From IMG/VR virus record IMGVR_UViG_3300047509_000139, positions 1 through 61,500 of that record: a stretch of DNA of 61,500 nucleotides; one strand, 5' to 3'. The stretch comes from a virus (lineage: Duplodnaviria; Caudoviricetes). The stretch's first letter is position 1, and each line of letters begins with the position of its first letter. Under the pieces are notes generated by a model. It saw only the letters and a program-made list of their open reading frames with translations, did no database searches and was not told where the DNA came from. This document shows positions 18,184 through 28,101 of the stretch, piece by piece. The position numbers were made by a program, and so were the translations under genes.

Positions 18184-19173
18184 TTAGATCGCCGCCTCTT
18201 CCAATCGCAATTGCCCATGAGCTTCGTCGGCGATGGCAAGGTTGCGACAGCACTGATTGTAGTAGGTCTCTTTCAGTTCACTTCCTACGAACCGCCGCCC
18301 TTCTCCCAACGCCACGAAACCGGAACTACCGATGCCGACGAACGGATCGAAGACAACGTCACCTGGATTGCTCCACAATTCCAGCGCGCGGCGGATAACG
18401 GTCAGCTGCAAAGGACAGATGTGGCGCGAGTCGTCGTCCTCACGAGCGCTCTGAAATTGCAGCGTATCACCAGGATCAATGTCAAACCAGACAGGAGACG
18501 CATAGCGCTGCCAGACCTCGTGTGAATACTTATTCGTCCGCGGATCTACGCGCTGTAATGCTAGAGGCTCAGCCGATGGCGGACCTATCCACCGCTCGAA
18601 GCCTCCTGGCTTGTGGGATATTGGCTCCGGATTGCGCCCGGGCTTGCGAACGACCACGAGGTAATCCGGTATGCCGGTACGGCAGAGCGCCGAATCCTCT
18701 ACAATCTGTTTGTGGGCCAAGCCTATTGCGTGCGTCCGCGTCGCGGCCACCAACGGATCTTTCCAGATAACGACTTCGGAATGATAAATGAAATCGTGCT
18801 TCTCATACGCGCGGATGATATCTCCGCGAAAGTCGTACATTCCGATCGCGCCGTCGCGCTCCAAGGTTTTTGGTAACTGCATGCAGTGAGTCGCAACGAG
18901 ACGCCCTGGCATCATTGCCCGGTATAGTTGCGAGATCAGGAAATCCATTCCAGCGAAGAATTGCTCCGGCGTCTCGATATTCGACATGTCTTCGACGGCA
19001 TCCGTATATGAATACAGTGAGGAAAATGGCCACGATGACACCGTTAGGTGAAGAGAATTGTCCGGTATCCCGTGCAGTACCGGAACAGCGTCAGCATGAA
19101 ATACGGCGTACTTGCCGTTCACGACCTGATTGATTACCTTGATCTCTTTCTGTATCGCGGCGGTTTTGTTCAT
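18184..19173 (-). CDS. DNA amino-methyltransferase (N6A/N4C)
   Basis: SWPF (SPPF-like) catalytic motif, HICPLQL, DPFVGIGS. Confidence 0.9.
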   Translation of the reverse strand: MNKTAAIQKEIKVINQVVNGKYAVFHADAVPVLHGIPDNSLHLTVSSWPFSSLYSYTDAVEDMSNIETPEQFFAGMDFLISQLYRAMMPGRLVATHCMQLPKTLERDGAIGMYDFRGDIIRAYEKHDFIYHSEVVIWKDPLVAATRTHAIGLAHKQIVEDSALCRTGIPDYLVVVRKPGRNPEPISHKPGGFERWIGPPSAEPLALQRVDPRTNKYSHEVWQRYASPVWFDIDPGDTLQFQSAREDDDSRHICPLQLTVIRRALELWSNPGDVVFDPFVGIGSSGFVALGEGRRFVGSELKETYYNQCCRNLAIADEAHGQLRLEEAAI

Positions 19174-21143
19174 GCAACCTCTGATACGAGCCAGTTAGGT
19201 ACTTCCATCGGTATCTCGTGGTCATAGCGCGTTGCCTTGTGCCGCGCCAGCAGTTGCTCTTCGCGCATAGCCTCGTTCATCTCCGATTGCAGTTCTTCAT
19301 ATTGGGCCTCTTTCCGCCGAATCGTTGCCAATACCGGCCCTTCCGTCTCAGCGATCACGATATGGGCATCGACTGAATTCAACTGTCCGAATCTCCAGCA
19401 GCGGCGGATCGCCTGAAAGAACGCCTCGAACGAATAACTGAGTCCGACAAATACCATATTGTGGCATTGTTGAAGATTGAGCCCACTCCCTGCTATCGAT
19501 GGCTTGGTAAGAAGAATAGGTTTTTCGTTATTGAGCCATCTCAATATCCGCTTCTCCTTCTCTTCCGGACGCATGGAACCTCGTATCGATATACAGAGTT
19601 CTCCGAATAATCTTTCCAATGGCGTCTGCTCGTAATCTGTATTACACCAAACGATCCATTGTGGGAGTTCCGAGATACGAGACGGCTCGACGTAGCGTAT
19701 TTTCTGAGTGTTTGAACTTCCCGATTCCGAGGTTACAGTTTCCGCATAGCAGCCCTCTAACCTTTCCTGTTTTGTGACAGTGGTCAACGTGGAATCGTTT
19801 GCATCGTTTGTCAAGGGTTTTGGTCCGGCAAATAGCGCATCTTCCGCCTTGCGCCCTAAGTAATCGTTTATAGTCTGCCCCTGTAATTCCGTACGGGCGG
19901 AGTCGTTGATCGAGAAATTTGTCTGGATTGTTTGCCCGCCACTTTTTGCTTTGCGCGATGTAATATTGCCTGACTGCTGGATTGGATCTATACAAGTCCC
20001 GCTTGCCAGCGTTGATCTCTGTTTGGCGGCGTTGTCTTGACTCTGTCCATTTTGGTTTGTTGTTTCTATAGTACTCTCGCATGTATACGGAGTTTTCTTC
20101 TGGAGTTCGCGATCTTCTGTTTCTGGTTCGCGCGGCGTATTCTGGATCAGCCTTGAATTTTCGACGCCGATTGACTTCGTATTCTGGTTTCCACATGTAT
20201 ATAGATTACCATGTTTAGGTTTTAATCCCCAACCAACTCCAAGCACTATTTCAGCCGTTTTGAGCGCCCGGTCTTCCGCCGTCAATCTCATCTCCTTGTG
20301 CAATCCGGTAGCGCTGAGATCCGGACTCCGGTAGAGCATTCCGTCGCTTTCCACGCCGTAATCAATCGGCACGACGTGCTCGATCATGTTGAGCGGAGGA
20401 ATGTCGAATCCATCGTCCGGATAACCCAAGTCTGAAGGTCTCTTTATGCAGACGCTCCATGACGCGCAGAACCGAAAGAACGGCTTCTTTCCGTGCCCCT
20501 TCAGAGACCACTTGGAAGTCTCGCCTCCATCGTGCTCAAAGAACATGGCCAGCATCGCCGGCCGCCGCATCACGTCGAGCAGTTCGCAGTGCGTACCGAG
20601 TTCCGCATGGTCATTCGGAGACGGCGTCGCGCTAGAGCACAACTTGTACGGCGTCGCCTTCAGTCGCTCAATCAGCGTACTCGATGTCTTCGATGTCCAG
20701 TCCTTCAGGATACTCGACTCGTCGAGCGATACGCCAACGAACTTTGTTAGGTCGAACTGGTCTAGCCGGTCGTAGTTCGTTACGTTGATTCCTCTACGCA
20801 CATCGCCCTGATCTTTGCATAAAGTCACGTCGTAGTTAAATTTTATTGCTTCCCGCTTGAATTGTTGCGCCACGCAGAGCGGAGCAGCGATCAGCGTATC
20901 GCCCTTCGCACGCTCGCTAACATGACCGCACCATTCCATCTGCATCGGCCCCTTGCCGAGTCCGGTATGGGCGAAGTTCGCCGCCTTGCCGCGCATCAGA
21001 TCGAAGCGCACGGTATCTTTCTGAAACGCGAACAGACGAGGATTGATCTTGCTTTCCGATATCTCGAAGCCGCACGGCTGAGCGAGGGTGCGCTTGGTTG
21101 CAAGAAACTTTCGGTACTGTTCGAGAGAATATGGATCGATCAC
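19170..21143 (-). CDS. SNF2-like helicase with ~200-codon in-frame insertion
   Basis: HTGLGK, DESS, SATP, GLNLQ, QAIRRCWRFGQ. Confidence 0.85.
   Translation of the reverse strand: MIDPYSLEQYRKFLATKRTLAQPCGFEISESKINPRLFAFQKDTVRFDLMRGKAANFAHTGLGKGPMQMEWCGHVSERAKGDTLIAAPLCVAQQFKREAIKFNYDVTLCKDQGDVRRGINVTNYDRLDQFDLTKFVGVSLDESSILKDWTSKTSSTLIERLKATPYKLCSSATPSPNDHAELGTHCELLDVMRRPAMLAMFFEHDGGETSKWSLKGHGKKPFFRFCASWSVCIKRPSDLGYPDDGFDIPPLNMIEHVVPIDYGVESDGMLYRSPDLSATGLHKEMRLTAEDRALKTAEIVLGVGWGLKPKHGNLYTCGNQNTKSIGVENSRLIQNTPREPETEDRELQKKTPYTCESTIETTNQNGQSQDNAAKQRSTLASGTCIDPIQQSGNITSRKAKSGGQTIQTNFSINDSARTELQGQTINDYLGRKAEDALFAGPKPLTNDANDSTLTTVTKQERLEGCYAETVTSESGSSNTQKIRYVEPSRISELPQWIVWCNTDYEQTPLERLFGELCISIRGSMRPEEKEKRILRWLNNEKPILLTKPSIAGSGLNLQQCHNMVFVGLSYSFEAFFQAIRRCWRFGQLNSVDAHIVIAETEGPVLATIRRKEAQYEELQSEMNEAMREEQLLARHKATRYDHEIPMEVPNWLVSEVA
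19642..20196 (-). CDS. endonuclease VII-type homing endonuclease nested in the helicase gene
   Basis: YGIT..DY, CAIC, HVDHCHKTGKVRGLLCGNCNLGIG. Confidence 0.9.
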   Translation of the reverse strand: MWKPEYEVNRRRKFKADPEYAARTRNRRSRTPEENSVYMREYYRNNKPKWTESRQRRQTEINAGKRDLYRSNPAVRQYYIAQSKKWRANNPDKFLDQRLRPYGITGADYKRLLRAQGGRCAICRTKTLDKRCKRFHVDHCHKTGKVRGLLCGNCNLGIGKFKHSENTLRRAVSYLGTPTMDRLV

Positions 21144-21916
21144 AACGATATCGTCCTCATCACTTCACTCTGGCTTGCCACTGATACTTCTGCATTCAAC
21201 CCGCGCTCACGGACCGCCCGCTCCGCCATCAACCGTACCAGATCGAAGCTGTTGTTCTCACAAGACAGATGCGCCGCGATCAGATGTTTGGTATCTGGAG
21301 ACATAAACTCCCGTACGAACTCCATCGCGGCATCGTTTGATAGGTGGCCGAGAGAGCTCCTCACGCGCTTGCGAACTGGATCGGGATAGCTACTAACTGA
21401 CATAATCTCGTCGTCGTAATTGCACTCCAAGAGTAGCACCTGAGTCTTCGCAAGCACTCTTGTCGCCTCGCTCGGCACGAACCCTAGGTCGTACATGCAG
21501 CCGATCCGCGCGCCGTTTGCAGAGAAACAGAACGCGACCGGATCAGCAGCGTCGTGTGGCACCATGAAAGTCTCGCACTTAATATCTCCAACAGTGAACC
21601 CTTCTCCAGCTTCGAACAGTTTCAGCCGCGGCTCTCCCTGCCACTTGATCGCCTCCGCCGTCCCGCGCGTCATATGCATTGTGCCGTAGAACTTCCTACC
21701 CGACGCGAGAACCGGCAATGCTTCCGCGTGATCTCCGTGCTCATGCGTCACTACTATCGCGTTGATCCGCTCCAGGTCTTCTCCGATGGAAGCCAGCCGC
21801 TTTGCCAGATCACGAACGTTCAGTCCGGCATCAATCAGGATGCGAGTCTTGCCGGTTGACAGTAGGGCTGCATTGCCTCCGCTTCCGCTCGCGAGCACTA
21901 TGAACTTAACAGTCAT
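21140..21916 (-). CDS. metallo-beta-lactamase-fold hydrolase (YycJ/WalJ-like nuclease)
   Basis: LASGSGGN, IDAG, THEHGDH, PHDA, LECNYD, GHLSN, AHLS. Confidence 0.9.
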   Translation of the reverse strand: MTVKFIVLASGSGGNAALLSTGKTRILIDAGLNVRDLAKRLASIGEDLERINAIVVTHEHGDHAEALPVLASGRKFYGTMHMTRGTAEAIKWQGEPRLKLFEAGEGFTVGDIKCETFMVPHDAADPVAFCFSANGARIGCMYDLGFVPSEATRVLAKTQVLLLECNYDDEIMSVSSYPDPVRKRVRSSLGHLSNDAAMEFVREFMSPDTKHLIAAHLSCENNSFDLVRLMAERAVRERGLNAEVSVASQSEVMRTISL

Positions 21917-22653
21917 TGGCGATCCGACGACGCTGGCGGGGCAGTAAGGCGCTTGGCTCTCGATGCCGCTCTCCTTTGGTGGTTTACTGGATGCAAATAC
22001 GGAGTACCGACACCTTCCCCGAAAACTTCGGCAATTTCCGATGCGAACGTAAAGTAGCAATAGTTGGAGTTACTGAGCGTCCCTAGAAGCATGCGCTGCG
22101 CGTTGGCCTTGGAGATCCCCCGCGTTCGTAAGTAGAACAAGGCACTTTCATCAACACGGGCCTCATCGGACAGGTAGTGAATGAACAACCCGTCCTCATC
22201 ACAGAATTCAAGAAACTTTGCAATATCAACCTTACTGTATTCGTGCGGCCAGATATGGACCGCGCCATCAGGAGTGTTTATGACGGCCTGCTTCAGATGA
22301 ACGTATTCCAGGTTCTTCTGGCGTTTTGTTCCGATATCGCGCAGCAGAACCCTTGCATTAGAAGTATGCGGCATCGCGTACCAGAGCGAGAGACGTGGAA
22401 CGGTGATGGCTTTAGTGTTTGAATTGTCGATTAGTCGGCCAACCTTCACTGACATTAGCAGTATAATCCAAGCGCCGCTCTCCGGAATATCTTTGTCGTA
22501 TTCCTCTGGGAAGGCGTCCTCGGGACACTCACCGCGGTGACACGTGTCGTCCATCGTAAGCTTCCGCTGCAATTTGGCATCATCCGATGTAGTCCATGCG
22601 GGATTGGGAATCATCCGCGGAATATCTCCGAAATCGGCACTAGTGTTTTTCAC
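21913..22653 (-). CDS. hypothetical protein with SufB/SufD C-terminal-like motif
   Basis: DESALFYLRTRGISKANAQRMLL. Confidence 0.6.
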   Translation of the reverse strand: MKNTSADFGDIPRMIPNPAWTTSDDAKLQRKLTMDDTCHRGECPEDAFPEEYDKDIPESGAWIILLMSVKVGRLIDNSNTKAITVPRLSLWYAMPHTSNARVLLRDIGTKRQKNLEYVHLKQAVINTPDGAVHIWPHEYSKVDIAKFLEFCDEDGLFIHYLSDEARVDESALFYLRTRGISKANAQRMLLGTLSNSNYCYFTFASEIAEVFGEGVGTPYLHPVNHQRRAASRAKRLTAPPASSDRQ

Positions 22654-22768
22654 TCCCCCTCCTTCCGGCTCCGCTTAGTGCGGCTCCGCTGATATCGCAT
22701 GTGCAAGTAATCGATGACTATAGCAGCCATGCACGCCCCCGTTAAGAGGCCAACAATGTAGTCACGGG

Positions 22769-23047
22769 TCATCCGCTTTCCTTCCGGATCAGCATGATCT
22801 CATCTATTTGATGCTGAAGGTGCAAGAGCCTGCCCTCCAAACTGCCTCTGCTGTCGATATGATCCCCAACAAACACTCGCCATCCACACGAGCACGTAGC
22901 GTAAATAAATACCGTGCTCCCGGTGTGAATATGGCCCGCAGTATTGCAACTTTCCAGACACGGATACAGTTCGTATCTAGAGGCAACGGTGGCGTGAGTG
23001 AGCAAAGACTTGCGAGGCTCGTCTAGGAATGTGAGAGTATGTTTCAT
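22769..23047 (-). CDS. hypothetical protein
   Basis: CSCGW motif; co-directional. Confidence 0.5.
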   Translation of the reverse strand: MKHTLTFLDEPRKSLLTHATVASRYELYPCLESCNTAGHIHTGSTVFIYATCSCGWRVFVGDHIDSRGSLEGRLLHLQHQIDEIMLIRKESG

Positions 23048-23239
23048 CGGGCGTCATCCTTCCGGCTCCGCGCGATGGCGGCGCGAAGCAGTGGCATTTC
23101 TCCGGCGAGAGCGTCCTGTGCGTACCGCATTTGCCGCTTCAGATAATCGACAGACTGCGTATTTGTAAGTTCTAGGCGCGTGAATGCCTGAATAGCCGCC
23201 TTGCGAAGTTCAATAAGCGCCATAAGCGCCATCGTGTCC

Positions 23240-23623
23240 TCACTCTCCCGCTGGCCTAGCTCGTAGGCGGCCTAGCACGTCGCGCAATTCTTCGATGCGC
23301 GCCGCAAGTTGGCATTCTCGGCAGAGCGGAAACCGCAATGGCCGATGGCCGGGCTTTTCGCACAACCTATTTACGTCAAATGCAGTAACGGCCACCGCTG
23401 CCTGCCTGATTTCCGCCACCCTCCGGTCGCCCTCGGCTCGCTCGGCGGCCACGGCGGCTTGGATCTCGGCCTTGCGCTGCACGATAGGGTCCTGCATTGA
23501 GCGCACCCGCTCGCCCGTCCCGTAAAACTCTATTACCTCTTTCGCGTCCACTTCCGTGCGTCCGCTCCAGTCCGTTCTCGGCTTCGGCGGCAACTCCCGC
23601 GCTGCGTCGATGTGATCGCTCAT
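23240..23623 (-). CDS. hypothetical protein
   Basis: GGAGG upstream; overlap-coupled. Confidence 0.55.
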   Translation of the reverse strand: MSDHIDAARELPPKPRTDWSGRTEVDAKEVIEFYGTGERVRSMQDPIVQRKAEIQAAVAAERAEGDRRVAEIRQAAVAVTAFDVNRLCEKPGHRPLRFPLCRECQLAARIEELRDVLGRLRARPAGE

Positions 23624-23840
23624 ACACTCCTCCCGTATCTGCAATCCGCGCGGTGATTCCTTCGTCGGAGATCAGAACGGCAACGCGGGCAGATATGCTT
23701 GCTCCACTCTTCCATCGGGTCTTCCTCCACCATTCGCTTCCACTTGCACAAGACATCGAAAGCGAGCTGCTCTTCAGCGGAGCCGCCGCGCGATTGCTCC
23801 ATCTGTGCATAGGCCAGCAGGATCGCGAATTCTACTACGG

Positions 23841-24215
23841 TCACGTCGCCCTCCCGAACTTCATCCTACCGCCCATCGTCTCAACCCACCTGGTCACAGA
23901 CTTGCGCTTCTTGACGTACTTCGCTCGCTCCGCTTCCGCCTCGTACGAGTGGCAGTAGAAGCCTCCGTTCGCCTTGCGGTACCGGAACGCGAGCGAGTGA
24001 CCGCACTTCTGCTTCGTCGGCTCCCTCACCCCGGTCATCTCCGCCGCCTTACACCACTTCAGGAACTCCGGATCGTCCCACGGCTGCCACTTGATGAACA
24101 GGCTTCCGCCGGATATCCATATCCCGCTGAACTCACCAGCGCGGCGCTTCTCCAGGAGTCGCGCGACGATCAGGTCTTTCTCTGCGTTGGTCAGCGGTTG
24201 ACGAGGAGCGGTCAT
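23841..24215 (-). CDS. hypothetical protein
   Basis: Overlap-coupled ORF. Confidence 0.55.
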   Translation of the reverse strand: MTAPRQPLTNAEKDLIVARLLEKRRAGEFSGIWISGGSLFIKWQPWDDPEFLKWCKAAEMTGVREPTKQKCGHSLAFRYRKANGGFYCHSYEAEAERAKYVKKRKSVTRWVETMGGRMKFGRAT

Positions 24216-24505
24216 CGGTTAACCCTCTGGCGCAGTTCATCGATCTCAGCCGCGAGTTTCTGACACCGGTCCGCCTGGTTCTTCCAATCGTCGGCGCACT
24301 TGTTGATGATCTTGCCGCAGTCGCTCAGTAATCCCCAGATTCCGCATACGGACTGAATCGAGAGGCCGATTACGATGGCAAGGCAGATCCATCTCCACAT
24401 CTCATCTGGATGTTTTCCTACCGCGAAACCGTTGATTGCTACACAGATAATTAGCACTAATGATCCGTATGGATACCTTTGAAGCTTCGGGAGAGGTTCG
24501 GTCAT
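24212..24505 (-). CDS. small membrane protein
   Basis: Two hydrophobic segments; ATGA overlap with dnaB. Confidence 0.55.
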   Translation of the reverse strand: MTEPLPKLQRYPYGSLVLIICVAINGFAVGKHPDEMWRWICLAIVIGLSIQSVCGIWGLLSDCGKIINKCADDWKNQADRCQKLAAEIDELRQRVNR

Positions 24506-25854
24506 GCTTCCGCCTCATAGCCGACGTCTTCCGCACGGTTCTCGAATTTTGTCATCGCGTGCAAGAAAACAAGATTTGCTATGCCGATGGGTCCGTTGCG
24601 CTGTTTTGCGATTATTAACTCAGCCAACCCATGCAAGTCTTCACGGTCGCGCTTGTAAACTTCTTCACGATAGATGAATCCTACGAGGTCAGCGTCCTGC
24701 TCAATCGCACCAGATTCTCTGAGATCACTCAACTGTGGGCGGTGGTCGCCGGTGCGGTTCTCCACAGCGCGGCTCAACTGAGACAATACCAGCAGCGGTA
24801 TCTTGAGGTCCTTTGCGAGTAGTTTCATCCCGCGCGACAACCCGCTCACTTCCTGGTTGCGGTTCTCCCCGCGCCCGCTCATCAGTTGCAGATAGTCCAC
24901 GATAGCCAGTTTAACTCCGTGCTCTGCCTTGAGCCTCCGCAGTTTTGCGCTCATTTGCGCCATGCTAATACCGGCTGAGTCGTCGATGTACAGAGGGGCT
25001 TCAGTCAGTTCGTGCAGCGCGTGGTTCAACTTCTCACGCTCGTGCTGATTCAGATAACCCATTCGGAACTTCCAGCTATCTACCCGCGCCGCAGCGCAGA
25101 GCATCCGTACGAGGAGCGACTCCTTCGACATCTCCAGCGAGAATATTGCAACCGGTTCTTTGAGTTTCAGCACCACGTGCTGCGCGATGTTCAAGCCCAA
25201 CGATGTCTTCCCCATGGAAGGTCGGCCGGCCAGAATCAGCAGGTCTCCTTCATGTAACCCTCCGGTGTAGTCATCGAACTTCACGAACCCAGTACTCAGT
25301 CCTTTCGCGTGTTTGCTCGGGTCCAAAAACTCGCTTATCCCGCCTGGGTACGCCTGCAAGATCTGAAGCGGCGTCCGCGGGCCGTCTCCATTCACGTTGC
25401 CGTCGCCGATCTTGAGCAGCTCGTGGTTCGCACCAGCCAGGATTTCCTCGGCCGATTCCTCACCGTTAAGACAGCGGTTCATGATATGCTGAGCCGCGAA
25501 GATCGTTTGCCGCAGCGCGTGCTTCTCACGGACGATCCGAACGTAGCCCTCGATGTTGGGGACCTGAGGCAGCCCTTCATCGAGGTCCATCAGGTAGCTA
25601 AACCCACCGACGGATTCCAGTTCGCCGTTCTTCATGATTTCATTGGCAAGCGTGACGCGGTCGATCTTTTCACCACGCGAGTTCAGGTCTATCATCCGCT
25701 TGAATATGCGGCGATGTTTTTCGAGGCTGAAGGCGTCCGCGCTGAGCACTGAGGCCGCGTCTCCGAATAGGTCTCCGTTCAGTTGGATCGAGCCAAGGAT
25801 AAACCTCTCCGCGTCCAGATTTGAAGGAAGTCCCTTTTCTCTGTTCATTGGCAT
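24502..25854 (-). CDS. dnaB: replicative DNA helicase
   Basis: GRPSMGKT, FSLEMS, VDYLQLM, LSQLSR, DLRESGAIEQDAD, KQRNGP. Confidence 0.97.
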   Translation of the reverse strand: MPMNREKGLPSNLDAERFILGSIQLNGDLFGDAASVLSADAFSLEKHRRIFKRMIDLNSRGEKIDRVTLANEIMKNGELESVGGFSYLMDLDEGLPQVPNIEGYVRIVREKHALRQTIFAAQHIMNRCLNGEESAEEILAGANHELLKIGDGNVNGDGPRTPLQILQAYPGGISEFLDPSKHAKGLSTGFVKFDDYTGGLHEGDLLILAGRPSMGKTSLGLNIAQHVVLKLKEPVAIFSLEMSKESLLVRMLCAAARVDSWKFRMGYLNQHEREKLNHALHELTEAPLYIDDSAGISMAQMSAKLRRLKAEHGVKLAIVDYLQLMSGRGENRNQEVSGLSRGMKLLAKDLKIPLLVLSQLSRAVENRTGDHRPQLSDLRESGAIEQDADLVGFIYREEVYKRDREDLHGLAELIIAKQRNGPIGIANLVFLHAMTKFENRAEDVGYEAEA

Positions 25855-26357
25855 ACCTTCATTTTGTCTGCGATAGGATTCCCTGGTTTGACGTACTGCC
25901 TCCAGTGAATAAACTCGCTATTGTGCCAGAAACCCCACTCGCGTTCCGCCCTAAGCACGATCACGAGCGTCCAGCAGGACTTCTCAGGAACGGTTAGTCG
26001 GTGAATATAGTTTGCTGGGAAGGATCGTATCCACGGCGCTCGATATTCGCGAGCCTTTCTTCCAAACCCCACGATTGCTGAATCTGGCGTCCACTCAAAG
26101 TAGCGGCCTTTCAACCCTATCGAGATGAAGCGCTTGGGAATTATATACATGACTACCTTGGGAATAATGTATATAATTCCCAAGCGCTTCGGATGATCGT
26201 GAAGGTCCAGTGACCAATCATCGTTTACGAAATGATGAAGGTAAATTCCGCGACCGTGGCGGAGCTTTAGGACCGTCCAGCGCCAGAGGTACGTTGGGCA
26301 TCGGTTCGCGCCGTTGATCTCCTCCGGCTTCCCGAACAATCGCGTGAGTATATTCAT
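25845..26357 (-). CDS. cupin-like phage protein with an 18-codon insertion
   Basis: YLWRW, YLHHF..DD..DLHDHP, HRL, CWTL, REWGFW. Confidence 0.75.
   Translation of the reverse strand: MNILTRLFGKPEEINGANRCPTYLWRWTVLKLRHGRGIYLHHFVNDDWSLDLHDHPKRLGIIYIIPKVVMYIIPKRFISIGLKGRYFEWTPDSAIVGFGRKAREYRAPWIRSFPANYIHRLTVPEKSCWTLVIVLRAEREWGFWHNSEFIHWRQYVKPGNPIADKMKVCQ
26136..26181. mobile_element. 46-bp transposon-end remnant with 8-bp target-site duplication
   Basis: 15-bp terminal inverted repeats GGGAATTATATACAT; AAGCGCTT at 26128-26135 and 26182-26189. Confidence 0.8.
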
Positions 26358-26559
26358 CAGCAGAATCCCTCGCCAAGTTGTTCCGCTGTAGGTTGCGGGT
26401 TTAGACGGCAGTCGCGCTCTTTTTTAGTTTCCAGCCGCTCAATATCCACCATGTCACATTTTGGATACCGCCTATCGTGGTTTGCCCTGGATTCACGCAC
26501 AAGCGGAGCCAGCGCTTCCGAAGCCCAGTAAATGCGCCGCATGGGTCCCATTCCTGGCA

Positions 26560-26952
26560 TTACTTCACCGCCTTGATTACTCGCGCCAAAGCGGCGATCT
26601 TCTGAGCAGCCGTCGCGTGCCACGTTGACGCAGCAGTCGCATTGCTCCAGACCTCGAAGGAAAACTGCTCGTCGATCTGTGCGCGGTAGCCGAGAGCAAT
26701 CAGCCGTTCCTCGACTTCGTACAGGGCATCGAGAGTAAGTTGTCGCGGGCCGCTGATCCGCCACCAGCCTTCCGGTCTACTTGTCAATCCGTGCCATTGC
26801 AAGTCATCTAAATCCATCGTTGCAAAGTTCGGTTCCATCCACGTACAGATCTGTTCTTCGTTTGTCTCGGCAATGCCGATACCGATGCTCACTGGATAAC
26901 CTCCGCGTATACGCCGGGTGCTTTCTTGCGGAGGTCGTGAATGCTTCGGCAA
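26560..26952 (-). CDS. hypothetical protein (Lin0368-like HAtaxQK tail)
   Basis: LDALYEVE...WHATAAQKIAAL; start uncertain. Confidence 0.5.
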   Translation of the reverse strand: MPKHSRPPQESTRRIRGGYPVSIGIGIAETNEEQICTWMEPNFATMDLDDLQWHGLTSRPEGWWRISGPRQLTLDALYEVEERLIALGYRAQIDEQFSFEVWSNATAASTWHATAAQKIAALARVIKAVK

Positions 26953-27230
26953 CCAGTAAGGCTCTTAAACTCCGCTAACTCGCGCTCTATGTTTTCGGAT
27001 GTATCCTCCGCTCGATTGGCGGATTCCTGGCATTGAAGCGCATACTCCTGCGCTTCCCGAAGTTCCGTTAGGCGCGCTTTCTCATCGGTCCTCAGCGGAT
27101 CAACGCAAGCCGTCGGCATCTTGTCGCAACCGTCGTCCGGACCGAAGTGCGCCCAGGCGGCCTTTCGAGAGCGGAACACTTCATCGCAATGAAAGCAGCG
27201 CCACGATTTGCGCTTTGGTTTGATACTCAT
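26889..27230 (-). CDS. phage protein with C2H2-type finger
   Basis: WRCFHCDEVF....AWAHFG. Confidence 0.65.
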   Translation of the reverse strand: MSIKPKRKSWRCFHCDEVFRSRKAAWAHFGPDDGCDKMPTACVDPLRTDEKARLTELREAQEYALQCQESANRAEDTSENIERELAEFKSLTGCRSIHDLRKKAPGVYAEVIQ

Positions 27231-27640
27231 AGTGCCGCCTCAAATTCAGCTTCTTCGCGCTTATTCTGCTCAGCTAGCAACTTCAACCTGCGCGCGTAGT
27301 AATCCAGGATCGGTGCGCGGTAGTCGATCAGGAAGTTCTCAAACGGCTTGGCACCGTGGCAGAGACATCCCCATACAAGAATGCCTCCAGGTCCGTCCAT
27401 GACGGCGACTGAAGAATCAATCGAGTTCTGGATGTATTTGTCGGGATCGATAGCCGCGTTCGCCAGCAACCCCGCCAACTCGCCGTCTTCGTAATCCAGA
27501 TCGGTATTACTACAGAAATGCGTCCTCCCGCAACGACAGGTTGTAACGAGCGTACCGCCAAACTGAAAAGCATCCCAGAATTGCTCAGAGGCTTCCTCGG
27601 TGGGTACCGGTACCTTGCGCGGCGTTGGCAACTCGCGGCG
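27227..27640 (-). CDS. hypothetical protein (start uncertain)
   Basis: CRCGRTHF and WGCLC in the 3' part of the listed ORF. Confidence 0.55.
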   Translation of the reverse strand, partial: RRELPTPRKVPVPTEEASEQFWDAFQFGGTLVTTCRCGRTHFCSNTDLDYEDGELAGLLANAAIDPDKYIQNSIDSSVAVMDGPGGILVWGCLCHGAKPFENFLIDYRAPILDYYARRLKLLAEQNKREEAEFEAAL

Positions 27641-27696
27641 CTTACGGATTTCAGTTAAGAGACCAAACTGAAACCGAACGCCAAATAGCTCGATTC

Positions 27697-28101
27697 TCAC
27701 TGTATCGTTCCTTCCCGCTCTGCGTCTTTCGCCCTGAGCCACTGCCCGCGCGGACATATGCAGCGAGCACCGTTGACGAAGTAGCCCCAGCGAGGCGTCC
27801 ATCCATCCACTCCGATAGCATCCGCAGGCAGTTTGCACAACTCACAACCATCCGGAGCCTTCTCGGACTTTGCGGTTTCGCGTGCGATCTTGACCAGCTC
27901 AGCAATCGGGTTGTACCAGTTGGCAACGTTCTCCTGAAATATCTGGAGGACGAGTGATACGTGCATATCATCCTGGCAGTTGCGTTCAAGGGCAGCTACG
28001 ACTTCGCGCTTGCCGGTATCGCTCATGGCATCTAGCATCGGGATCGAGCTGAAAATTCTGTCGCATTCGTTTTTTACGTAATGCGTTATCGGTTTGCTCA
28101 T
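27697..28101 (-). CDS. putative replication accessory protein
   Basis: Directly follows the initiator; CELC...RCIC zinc motif. Confidence 0.55.
   Translation of the reverse strand: MSKPITHYVKNECDRIFSSIPMLDAMSDTGKREVVAALERNCQDDMHVSLVLQIFQENVANWYNPIAELVKIARETAKSEKAPDGCELCKLPADAIGVDGWTPRWGYFVNGARCICPRGQWLRAKDAEREGTIQ

Noticed and set aside
19642-20250. Intein in the helicase
   Set aside because: No C-terminal His-Asn followed by Cys/Ser/Thr, and the nuclease is in a different frame.
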